32,000 nucleotides of DNA from Candidatus Electrothrix yaqonensis. GTDB lineage: Bacteria; Desulfobacterota; Desulfobulbia; Desulfobulbales; Desulfobulbaceae. Below the pieces are notes generated by a model. It saw only the letters and a list, made by a program, of their open reading frames with translations. It did no database searches and was not told where the DNA came from. Position numbers and translations under genes: made by a program. The stretch lies in the NCBI GenBank assembly GCA_047651235.1, contig CP178758.1:960001-992000 (forward strand), written 5' to 3'. This document shows positions 1 through 7,651 of the stretch, one piece after another (the stretch's first letter is position 1; every line of letters starts with the position of its first letter).

Positions 1-757
1 GCTCAGAAGCAAGCGCGGACCGGATGACCTCACCGGTGCGGGTGATATCAGGCTCGGCAGGGGCCATGACGTTGGGCCTGACCGTGGCCATCTGGGGGCG
101 GGAACGGGGACACTCAATGGTGGCCATGATATTGCCGCCAAAGGCAGGGCGGGTCTGGAGCAGCACGCCATCTTCCGGGCGGATGGCAAGATCGGTGCAG
201 TCTGCAGTCAGCCCGGCTCCCATGACATTGGCCACGTGGGGGATAACGGAGCGGCCGATGGCAGTGGCACCGGCAAGCACAACCTCCGGTTTATATTCCG
301 TCATTAGGTGCTGGAGCACCTTGGCGTACACATCTTCCCGGTACTGGGCAAGGGCCGGATCATCGGCCAGCAGCACCTTGTCTGCACCGGCAGCGATCAG
401 GTCGGCTGTTTTGTCAGCAAGTTCTGCGCCGAGGACGACCGCCGTCAGGAGAACGCCGCGCTGGTCAGCCAGTTTTCTGCCGATGCCGAGCAGTTCAAAG
501 GCAACCGGTGCAACCTTGCCGTGCCTGGATTCGGCAAAGACCCAGATACCGGACCAGGCCGACAGGTCGGTCTGCATCTTTTTCTCCGCCCCTTCAATGC
601 GCAGGGCCTCGACCTCGCAGTTGTCCACGCAGGAGCCGCACAGGGTGCAGTTGTCGCCGACCACGGCAACGCCGTTCTGGAGGGTGATGGCGCCGAAGGC
701 GCAGTTTGCTTCGCAGACGCCGCAGCCGATGCAGGTTTCGGTATTAACTATGAGCAT
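1..757 (-). CDS. etfA: Electron transfer flavoprotein alpha subunit with N-terminal 2x[4Fe-4S] ferredoxin domain (partial; C-terminus runs off the left edge)
   Basis: Absent from the ORF track because it has no stop inside the window. My reverse-strand translation from ATG (755-757) reads MLIVNTETCIGCGVCEANC...CTLCGSCVDNC (two CxxCxxCxxxC motifs). It continues ...AGATAIGRSVIPHVANVMGAGLTADCTDLAI...LLQTRPAFGGNIMATI...PQMATVRP, the canonical EtfA/FixB core. The + strand ORFs 24..821 and 308..787 are its antisense shadows. Confidence 0.9.
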   Translation of the reverse strand, partial: MLIVNTETCIGCGVCEANCAFGAITLQNGVAVVGDNCTLCGSCVDNCEVEALRIEGAEKKMQTDLSAWSGIWVFAESRHGKVAPVAFELLGIGRKLADQRGVLLTAVVLGAELADKTADLIAAGADKVLLADDPALAQYREDVYAKVLQHLMTEYKPEVVLAGATAIGRSVIPHVANVMGAGLTADCTDLAIRPEDGVLLQTRPAFGGNIMATIECPRSRPQMATVRPNVMAPAEPDITRTGEVIRSALASE

Positions 758-774
758 GATATTTTTTACGATAA

Positions 775-807
775 AAAGAGACGTTAACTTTGTCGTTACG
801 TCTTTTT
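775..807 (-). terminator. Rho-independent terminator-like hairpin downstream of the vWA gene, about 20 nt upstream of the etfA start
   Basis: agacgt(t)aac (779-788) pairs with gttacgtct (795-803), with a 6-nt loop tttgtc. On the minus-strand RNA the stem is followed by CUUUUUAU. On the plus strand it is followed by UUUUAUAAUU. Confidence 0.5.
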
Positions 808-815
808 ATAATTGT

Positions 816-1490
816 CTATAAAATTCCGGCCTCAGCAGCGTTGTTGAGCCATTCCGGGAATTCATTAAGCAAGCGGTTATATAATACAGAGTCTTCAATG
901 GAAGCGATATCGTTGATATGCATAAAACCGGCATTATCTAAAAAGCGCTCTGTGAGATTATCCAGCTTCTTCAGGTATGGAAAATCTTCTTTTCCTATCC
1001 CGACAAATTGAAAAAATATTTTTTCTTTAGAAAGGCTGCGGATCAACTCCGTTGTTTCTTTCTTGTCGCTATTATTTCCATCTGTAATGAAGATGACAAA
1101 AGCTGGATCAGACTTGTTTCCCTGGTACTTTTTGTAAATAAGCTGCAAAGCAGTAGCGTATTTTGTGGCCTCAATAATTTTATATTTTGACATGATTACG
1201 CGTTCTACATAGCCTTCCAGCTCATCGAGCGAGACGCTTGGCAGTTGATACGCATTCGTGCCGAAGAGCATCATGTCAATGCTGCCGTCATCATCAAAAT
1301 TAATAGCTAATCCAAGTATTCGTTCAACAACCTCCTGGATAACGCCGCACTTAAAAAGGCGATTCATAGATTTGGAAATATCCAGTACCAGAACCACTTG
1401 AGCTTTGGTGTCTGCTAATCCCTGCTTCTTTATTTCGAGCTTAGCTTTTTTACTCAGTTCGATAACATGTTTTTTTAAATTAACAGACAC
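816..1490 (-). CDS. von Willebrand factor A domain protein of the TerF-C-terminal-like vWA type (224 aa)
   Basis: Track ORF. It shows VVLVLDISKSM (MIDAS-like DxSxS region), then ...AFVIFITDGNNSD... and ...FFQFVGIG..., the typical vWA strand pattern. GTG start (cac at 1488-1490) preceded by aagaagagg SD. Visibly AT-richer than the flanking etf genes. Confidence 0.75.
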   Translation of the reverse strand: MSVNLKKHVIELSKKAKLEIKKQGLADTKAQVVLVLDISKSMNRLFKCGVIQEVVERILGLAINFDDDGSIDMMLFGTNAYQLPSVSLDELEGYVERVIMSKYKIIEATKYATALQLIYKKYQGNKSDPAFVIFITDGNNSDKKETTELIRSLSKEKIFFQFVGIGKEDFPYLKKLDNLTERFLDNAGFMHINDIASIEDSVLYNRLLNEFPEWLNNAAEAGIL

Positions 1491-1551
1491 GACCTCTTCT
1501 TACAGGTGTTTAGTTTTTTTAGCATCAGTGAAAGCGTATTCATCTTCCACT

Positions 1552-2331
1552 CTATAAATACCCCCTGATTGCCTCCACCAGCTGCTCAACCTGTTCCTCG
1601 GCAGTCCCGGAAAACACCTGCCGCTCGCCTCTCGGTTCCGGTGAAAAGACATTGACCACCTGGGTCGGGGAACCGGCCAGCCCGATGCAGTCGGTATCCG
1701 CACCGATGTCGGCAGCAGATAATACTCTGATTTTTGCTGTTTTGGCTTTCATCTTGCCTTTCAGCGAAGGCACTCTCGGCTCATTGATATCCTTGACCAC
1801 GGTGAGCAGGGCAGGAAGGGGCAGCTGGACCACATCATACCCGTCATCCATCATCCGCTCTACCTGAATAACGGTATCGTTCACCTCGCGGGTTTTCTGC
1901 ACACAGGTGACATAGGGAAGATGCAGCTGTGCAGCCAGACCAGGACCGACCTGGGCAGTGTCGCCATCAATGGCTTGCTTGCCGCAGAGGATCAGGTCGG
2001 CATTACCAAGAGTTTTGACCGCCTTGGCCAGGGTGTAGGAGGTTGCCCAGGTATCAGCTCCGGCAAAGGCCCGGTCAGAGACCAGCACGCCTTCATCAGC
2101 ACCGCAGGTAATAGCCTCCCGCAGGACATCCTCCGCTTGGGGCGGGCCCATAGAGAGTACGGTCACCTTGCCGCCCAATTCTTCTTTCAGCCGGACAGCT
2201 TCTTCCAGGGCATGGCGGTCAAAAGGATTCATAATGGACTCCACCCCTTCTCTGGCCAAGGTGTTGGTCTTGGGGTCCAGGCGGACATCCTTGGCGTCAG
2301 GTACCTGCTTTATACAGACGATGATATGCAT
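1552..2331 (-). CDS. etfB: Electron transfer flavoprotein beta subunit
   Basis: Track ORF 1552..2385. The family-typical N-terminus MHIIVCIKQVPD starts at the internal ATG (2329-2331). It is followed by ...RLDPKTNTLAREGVESIMNPFDRHALEEA...GADLILCGKQAIDGDTAQVGP. The upstream 18 codons (MACPYCSS...) overlap hairpin sequence and are probably not translated. Confidence 0.9.
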   Translation of the reverse strand: MHIIVCIKQVPDAKDVRLDPKTNTLAREGVESIMNPFDRHALEEAVRLKEELGGKVTVLSMGPPQAEDVLREAITCGADEGVLVSDRAFAGADTWATSYTLAKAVKTLGNADLILCGKQAIDGDTAQVGPGLAAQLHLPYVTCVQKTREVNDTVIQVERMMDDGYDVVQLPLPALLTVVKDINEPRVPSLKGKMKAKTAKIRVLSAADIGADTDCIGLAGSPTQVVNVFSPEPRGERQVFSGTAEEQVEQLVEAIRGYL

Positions 2332-2410
2332 GTCATTTATTGCGCTGCTTAATGTTTCCAATGAAGAACAGTAGGGGCAGGCCATGTACCTGCCTGAAAA
2401 TTTTGCGGTT

Positions 2411-2442
2411 CCAGTAGGGGCACGACGCGCCGTGCCCTACTG
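2411..2442. repeat. GC-rich REP-like palindrome in the acd-etfB intergenic region
   Basis: cagtaggggcacg / cgtgccctactg form a 12-bp stem with one bulge and a 6-nt loop. The core cagtaggggca recurs at 2372-2382 next to a second small hairpin, ggcagg-ccatgta-cctgcc (2377-2395). There is no clean U-tract in either direction. Confidence 0.5.
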
Positions 2443-2453
2443 TAAAAACGAAA

Positions 2454-2517
2454 ATCTTAAATTCAGGCGTATTCCCGGTTCAGTTATCTTAAATTCAGGC
2501 GTATTCCCGGTTCAGTT
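2454..2517. repeat. Perfect 32-bp tandem duplication (2 copies) spanning the stop codon of the acyl-CoA dehydrogenase gene
   Basis: atcttaaattcaggcgtattcccggttcagtt occurs at 2454-2485 and again at 2486-2517. The second copy holds the last 20 nt of the CDS (...ELNREYA) plus the TGA at 2495-2497. Confidence 0.95.
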
Positions 2518-3643
2518 CCTGGCCGATCACATTGCGCTGGATCTGATTGGTGCCTTCGTAGATCTGCAGGATCTTGGCATCGCGCATCATTTTTTCCACC
2601 GGATACTCTTTCATATAGCCGTAGCCGCCCATAACCTGCACGGCATCGGTGGTGACCTTCATGGCCATATCTGTGGCAAAGACCTTGCACATGGAGGATG
2701 CCTTGCTCATGTCCTTGGGATGGGCATCAATATGCCGGGCAGCGCCGTACACCAGACCTCTGCCTGCTTCAACCTGAATCGCCATGTCCGCCAGCATATG
2801 CTGCACTGCCTGGAAACTGATGATCGGCTTGTTGAACTGAACCCGCTGCTTGGCATAGACTGCCGCTTCATCAAGAGCAGCCTGGGCCAGACCGACACCG
2901 AGGGCGGCAATGCTGGGCCGGGAAACATCTAACGTCTTCATAACTGTGATAAAACCCGTACCTTTCCGCCCGACTATCCGGTCTTTGGGAATGCGGCAGT
3001 CCTTCATGATCAGCTCACGGGTGGCTGAAGCGCGGATGCCCATCTTGTCTTCTTTTTTCCCATAGGAGAACCCCGGATCACCGTCTTCCACCACAAAAAG
3101 GGAAGCGCCGCGAATGCCTTTTTCCGGATTGGTCAGGGCCAGAATGGTGTAGATCTCCGCTTCACCGCCGTTGGTGATCCACTGCTTGGTGCCGTTGAGT
3201 ACCCACTCGTCGCCGTCAAGTACGGCAGTCGTTTTGACACCGGCAGCATCGGAACCGGCACCAGCTTCGGTCAGCCCGAAAGCAGCCCAGCGCGAGCCCT
3301 CGGCAATAGCTGGCAGGTATTTTTCTTTCATCTCTTTGCTGCCTGCGATAAGCACCGGCAGGATACCCAGGCCGTTGGCGGCAAAGCTGGTGGCTACGCC
3401 CACACAGCCCCGTGCCAGTTCTTCCAAGGCTAGAACGATTTCAAAACAGCCGCCGCCGAAGCCGCCGTATTCCTCCGGGACAAAAAGAGCAAACAGGTCC
3501 GCTTTGGCGATATCTTTGAGAATGTCGCCAGCAAATTCGTTTTTCTCGTCAAGTTCCGCCCGCTTGGGAATAATTTTTTCTTCTGCAAGAGCGCGGGCAG
3601 TCTCTTTGATCATCTGCTGTTCTTCCGTCAGAAAATAATCCAC
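2495..3643 (-). CDS. Acyl-CoA dehydrogenase (short-chain/butyryl-CoA dehydrogenase-like)
   Basis: 382-aa track ORF with MDYFLTEEQQMIKETARALAEEKI..., ...GLTEAGAGSDAAG..., ...WITNGGEA... and ...YEGTNQIQRNVIG, classic ACAD motifs. GTG start preceded by aaggag SD. Confidence 0.9.
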   Translation of the reverse strand: MDYFLTEEQQMIKETARALAEEKIIPKRAELDEKNEFAGDILKDIAKADLFALFVPEEYGGFGGGCFEIVLALEELARGCVGVATSFAANGLGILPVLIAGSKEMKEKYLPAIAEGSRWAAFGLTEAGAGSDAAGVKTTAVLDGDEWVLNGTKQWITNGGEAEIYTILALTNPEKGIRGASLFVVEDGDPGFSYGKKEDKMGIRASATRELIMKDCRIPKDRIVGRKGTGFITVMKTLDVSRPSIAALGVGLAQAALDEAAVYAKQRVQFNKPIISFQAVQHMLADMAIQVEAGRGLVYGAARHIDAHPKDMSKASSMCKVFATDMAMKVTTDAVQVMGGYGYMKEYPVEKMMRDAKILQIYEGTNQIQRNVIGQELNREYA

Positions 3644-3658
3644 CTTGTTCTCCTTTTT

Positions 3659-4633
3659 CTACCAGTGCATGAGCATGGAACCCCATGTGAATCCGCCGCC
3701 GAAGGAGCAGAACAGAATAAGATCCCCTTTGCGGAGGCGCTGCTGACGGTTGGCTTCGTCGAGCGCGATAGGGATGCTGGCTGCAGAGGTATTACCATAT
3801 TTATCAACATTTATGAACATCTTTTCCTGATCCGCACCGAGGCGCTCGGTTAATTTGCTCAGAATTCGAATGTTTGCCTGATGCGGAATAATCAGCGAAA
3901 GGTCATCCGGGGCAATCTGCTGCCGTTCAAGCAGTTCAACAGCAGCATTTTCCATCGCCCGGACTGCGTACTTGAAGACATCACGTCCGGTCATCTGCAG
4001 AAAACAACCGTTACGTCCGTTGATCAGCAGATCAGGATTGCGGCTGGCCGGGCTGTCCATGTAAAGGAGTTTCCAGAGGCTGCCGTCGGAAAACAGGTTG
4101 CAGTCGAGCACCCCCCGTTCTTCCGAGCCGGTGAGCACACAGGCTCCTGCGCCGTCGCCGAATAGAATACAGGTATTTCTGTCTTCCCAATTGACCCGTG
4201 CGGACAGGGTTTCCGAGCCGATCAGCAGGATTTTCATATCCGGCCGGGCAGCAATATATTTTCCGGCCATATCAAGCCCGTAAAGAAAACCTGAGCAGGC
4301 TGCATTGAGATCAAAGGCAAAGGCGTTTGCAGCCCCGATCTCGGCCTGAACAAAACAGGCGCAGGAAGGCATCATCATATGGGGCGTCAGGGTGGCAACC
4401 GCAACCAGATCGATTTCTTCCGCCCGGACTCCGGCTGCCTCCAATGCCCGTTCCGCAGCCCGTGCTGCCAGCTGAAAATTCTGTTCGTTCTGTCCGGCAA
4501 TCCGCCGGGTCCGAATGCCGGTACGGGTGGTGATCCACTCGTCCGAAGTGTCCACCATCTGCTCAAGCTCATCATTGGTCAGGATTCGTTCAGGTAGACA
4601 GGAGCCGGTTCCCAGAACAACAGCACGGTGCAT
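3659..4633 (-). CDS. fabH: 3-oxoacyl-ACP synthase III (KAS III)
   Basis: 324-aa ORF with ...TSDEWITTRTGIRTRR..., the active-site context NAACSGFLYGL, ...PHQANIRI... and ...GNTSAASIP.... Confidence 0.9.
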   Translation of the reverse strand: MHRAVVLGTGSCLPERILTNDELEQMVDTSDEWITTRTGIRTRRIAGQNEQNFQLAARAAERALEAAGVRAEEIDLVAVATLTPHMMMPSCACFVQAEIGAANAFAFDLNAACSGFLYGLDMAGKYIAARPDMKILLIGSETLSARVNWEDRNTCILFGDGAGACVLTGSEERGVLDCNLFSDGSLWKLLYMDSPASRNPDLLINGRNGCFLQMTGRDVFKYAVRAMENAAVELLERQQIAPDDLSLIIPHQANIRILSKLTERLGADQEKMFINVDKYGNTSAASIPIALDEANRQQRLRKGDLILFCSFGGGFTWGSMLMHW

Positions 4634-4654
4634 AAAATTTCCTCTAAGACAGAA

Positions 4655-5665
4655 CTACGCAGGGGTATATTGCTGCAGAAATTGGAGGATCGATTCGTTC
4701 ACTCTGTTTTTCACCATCTTGGCGGCTTCGCCGATGGCATTGCAGATGGCAATCGAGGAAGATGAGCCGTGACAGATAATCCCCACCCCGTTGACGCCCA
4801 GCAGAGGAGCTCCGCCGTACTCGGCATAATCCACCCGTCTGCGGAATGCGGCAAAGGCTTTGCGGATAAAAAGATAGCCGATTTTTGCCCGCAGAGACTG
4901 CATGATTTCATCCCTGAGCATCTGCATGGCTGCCTCGGCAAGCCCTTCGCTGAGTTTGAGGGAAATATTACCGACAAAACCGTCACAGACCACAACATCA
5001 AGGTCACCGCTGTAGATATCCCGGCCTTCCACATTACCGACAAAATTAAGCTGGCTGGCGCTGAGCAGTTCATGCGTTTCTCTGATCAGAGTATTGCCTT
5101 TTCCCGGCTCACTGCCGATGCTGAGCAGTCCGACCCGGGGACTTTTTTTGTTCAGCAGCACAGTATAGCAGGAGGAGGCCATGACGGCGAACTGAAAAAG
5201 ATGCATGGGACGGCAGTCCACATTAGCACCGATATCCATCAGCATGACAGGCGTTTTCCGCGTAGGAAACAGACTGGCGATACCGGGACGGGAAATTCCT
5301 TCCAACCGCCCGAGCTTGCGGACGGCCGCAGCCATGGTGGCCCCGGAATGACCGGCAGAAACCATGGCGTCCGCCTGCCCGTTTTTAACAAGCTCGAACC
5401 CCCGCATAATGGTGGAATCTTTTTTTTTGCGGATCGCCTCTACCGGCGATTCATGCATGGATACGGTCTGCGGAGCATGCTCAATGAACAGGCGGTCAGC
5501 AGGTACACCGGAAGCACTGCGGCGGGCCAGCTGTTCCTGCAGCAGTTCCTCAGGACCGAGCAGGATGACTGACAGCTCCTTGTCTTTGTCCATGGCCCGG
5601 AGCGCACCGTCGATCAGCAGCTCAGGCCCCTGGTCGCCGCCCATGGCATCAAGCGCTATTTTCAC
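4655..5665 (-). CDS. plsX: Phosphate acyltransferase PlsX
   Basis: 336-aa ORF with MKIALDAMGGDQGPE..., ...AMVSAGHSGA... and ...GNVEGRDI.... It sits in the conserved position downstream of rpmF. Confidence 0.9.
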   Translation of the reverse strand: MKIALDAMGGDQGPELLIDGALRAMDKDKELSVILLGPEELLQEQLARRSASGVPADRLFIEHAPQTVSMHESPVEAIRKKKDSTIMRGFELVKNGQADAMVSAGHSGATMAAAVRKLGRLEGISRPGIASLFPTRKTPVMLMDIGANVDCRPMHLFQFAVMASSCYTVLLNKKSPRVGLLSIGSEPGKGNTLIRETHELLSASQLNFVGNVEGRDIYSGDLDVVVCDGFVGNISLKLSEGLAEAAMQMLRDEIMQSLRAKIGYLFIRKAFAAFRRRVDYAEYGGAPLLGVNGVGIICHGSSSSIAICNAIGEAAKMVKNRVNESILQFLQQYTPA

Positions 5666-5682
5666 GGAGCGGTTATACCCGG

Positions 5683-5871
5683 TTAATCCAGTTCTTCTTC
5701 AAACTGATAAAAGGATTTTCCTTTATAGGTACCGCAGCCGGAACAGAGCTGGTGGGGCATTTTGGGTTCGCCGCACTCCGGGCAGTTACCTACACTGGGG
5801 CCGGTAAGGAAATCATGTGCTCTGCGTTTGCGGGTCCGTGAACGGGAATGCCGTCTTTTCGGTAATGCCAT
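5683..5871 (-). CDS. rpmF: 50S ribosomal protein L32
   Basis: 62-aa ORF MALPKRRHSRSRTRKRRAH... with CPECG...CSGCG zinc-ribbon cysteines. Confidence 0.9.
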   Translation of the reverse strand: MALPKRRHSRSRTRKRRAHDFLTGPSVGNCPECGEPKMPHQLCSGCGTYKGKSFYQFEEELD

Positions 5872-5983
5872 CTTTTTCTCCTGAATGAATTTAACAAAAA
5901 ATAATATCTGTTGCCTGAAGACAGAAAACGGAACTCGGAACTCGGATTTTCTTTTCCTCCGGTCGTGCAGGCTCTCCAGCAGT

Positions 5984-6511
5984 TTATGCCTTTTTCAGAT
6001 TCGCCAGAACGGCAAACGGAGAATCTGCTGCCGTCTGCGGACAGCAGCATTGCCCGGTATTCAGATTCTCACCGCAGCTCGGACAGAGTCCCCTGCAGTC
6101 TGCTGAACATATCTGTTTCACAGGGAGACTCAGGTACACCTGCTCCCCGAGTATGTCCGAAATATCCACGGTCGGTTCCTGAACCCGGATAATGTCCATT
6201 TCAGCGCCGCTGCATTCCATATCCCTGATATGAGTGTGCGTTTCACCCTCTGTTTCCGGGGCGGCTTCCAGGATGAAATGAAAGGCGGTCCGGACAGGCA
6301 AGCTGTACTCGGCAAGGCAGCGGTCACAGACAAGCAGCACACCGGTCCGCAGTTCGCCGTCCACTTCAATTCGGGTATAGTCTTTCCGGGTGAGCGTAAT
6401 CTCCGCATGCGGCGAAGCATCTGTCTGCAGATCTGTTCGGGCAAGCCAGGTATCGTCCGTAATTGTATAACGGCTACCAGAGGTTGCAATATCTCTAAAA
6501 GGAATTCTCAT
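5984..6511 (-). CDS. yceD: YceD/DUF177 family protein (large-subunit ribosome accumulation protein)
   Basis: This is the C-terminal 175 aa of track ORF 5984..6700. It starts at the internal ATG (6509-6511, MRIPFRDI...). It contains ...LVCDRCLAEY... and ...CSADCRGLCPSCGENLN.... It occupies the conserved position upstream of rpmF. The 63-codon N-terminal extension in the track is low-complexity and unlikely to be coding. Confidence 0.8.
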   Translation of the reverse strand: MRIPFRDIATSGSRYTITDDTWLARTDLQTDASPHAEITLTRKDYTRIEVDGELRTGVLLVCDRCLAEYSLPVRTAFHFILEAAPETEGETHTHIRDMECSGAEMDIIRVQEPTVDISDILGEQVYLSLPVKQICSADCRGLCPSCGENLNTGQCCCPQTAADSPFAVLANLKKA

Positions 6512-6787
6512 CCGTACTGTCCGGCAGGCTGATTGTACAAAGAGCATCGTTGCTGCAAAAATAGCCAACATACACAAAAAAAACAACCTGTGACAAGAAA
6601 AAAAGAACAGAGTTGCAGCAGGACGTGAAAAAAGAGGAGGAAGAGGGAAAGAATAACTTGTCGGCTGCGGGGAAAAGCTGTTGTCTGTTCGGCTGTTCAT
6701 CTCAACAGAACTTGACAGAAACAGCGGATTAAGGATACCCTGTTTTTGCCGACCCGGTTATTCTGACCGCAAAAAACAGATGGAGGG

Positions 6788-7651
6788 ATGCAGTATATGA
6801 TGCATCGACCGCTTACCATAGGGTACTCGCCCTGTCCCAATGATACCTTTATATTCTATGCCCTGATGCACGGCAGGACTGCGCTCCGGCAACTCCGCTT
6901 TGCTGCGCCCCGGCTTGAGGATGTGGAAACCCTGAACGCCTGGGCTCTCAGTAGCAGATTGGATGTAACCAAGCTGTCCTTTCATGCTCTGGGCCATGTG
7001 CGGGACAGGTACGCCATGCTCAATGCAGGGGCGGCCCTTGGTCGCGGCTGCGGCCCGCTGCTGGTGAGCAGAGCTGAAAAAACAGAAAAAAAGGACGATC
7101 CTTCCTCCTGGACAATTGCGGTTCCAGGCAGGTACACGACTGCTGCGCTGCTGCTGCGGCTTTTCCTGCCGGAACACCGGGAAACGGAAACAGTTATCCT
7201 GCGCTTTGATGAAATTATGGCAGCCGTGCAGGCAGGCCAAGTCGATGCCGGTGTGATCATTCATGAGAGCCGGTTTACCTATCCGCAGTACGGCCTTGTC
7301 TGTGTCCGGGATCTGGGCGAATGGTGGGAACAGGAGACCGGCCTGCCCATTCCCTTGGGCTGTATTGCAGCCCGCAGGGAGCTCGGCCCGCAGCTGATCA
7401 GCGAAATTGAACAGGCCGTTGCCGCCAGTGTGCAATGGGCCTTCAGGCATCAAGAGGAATGCGCTGCCTATATCCAGCAGCATGCCCAAGAGCTGGATGA
7501 TCAGGTGATTGCCGAACATATCAGGTTGTATGTGAATACTTTTTCCATTGATTTGGCGGAAGAGGGGAGGGCGGCAGTAAAGGAACTGCTGCACAGGGGA
7601 AAGGAAGCCGGGCTGTTTGGCGAGCCTGCTGCAGCAGAGACTGATCGGTGA
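6788..7651 (+). CDS. mqnD: 1,4-dihydroxy-6-naphthoate synthase (futalosine pathway, MqnD)
   Basis: 287-aa ORF with ...IGYSPCPNDTFIFYALMHG..., ...EDVETLNAWAL...DVTKLSF... and ...GRGCGPLLV, the MqnD-type pattern of the MqnA/MqnD fold. The exact start among the MQYMM methionines is uncertain. Confidence 0.8.
   Translation: MQYMMHRPLTIGYSPCPNDTFIFYALMHGRTALRQLRFAAPRLEDVETLNAWALSSRLDVTKLSFHALGHVRDRYAMLNAGAALGRGCGPLLVSRAEKTEKKDDPSSWTIAVPGRYTTAALLLRLFLPEHRETETVILRFDEIMAAVQAGQVDAGVIIHESRFTYPQYGLVCVRDLGEWWEQETGLPIPLGCIAARRELGPQLISEIEQAVAASVQWAFRHQEECAAYIQQHAQELDDQVIAEHIRLYVNTFSIDLAEEGRAAVKELLHRGKEAGLFGEPAAAETDR

Noticed and set aside
24-821. 265-aa + strand ORF (and nested 308..787)
   Set aside because: It is the antisense shadow of the clearly recognisable ferredoxin-EtfA gene on the minus strand. 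Its sequence is low-complexity and Ala/Ser/Arg-rich with no motifs.
6712-6740. TTGACA at 6712-6717 as a possible mqnD promoter
   Set aside because: No acceptable -10 hexamer lies at 16-18 nt spacing (ATACCC/GATACC), so it is not reported as a feature.
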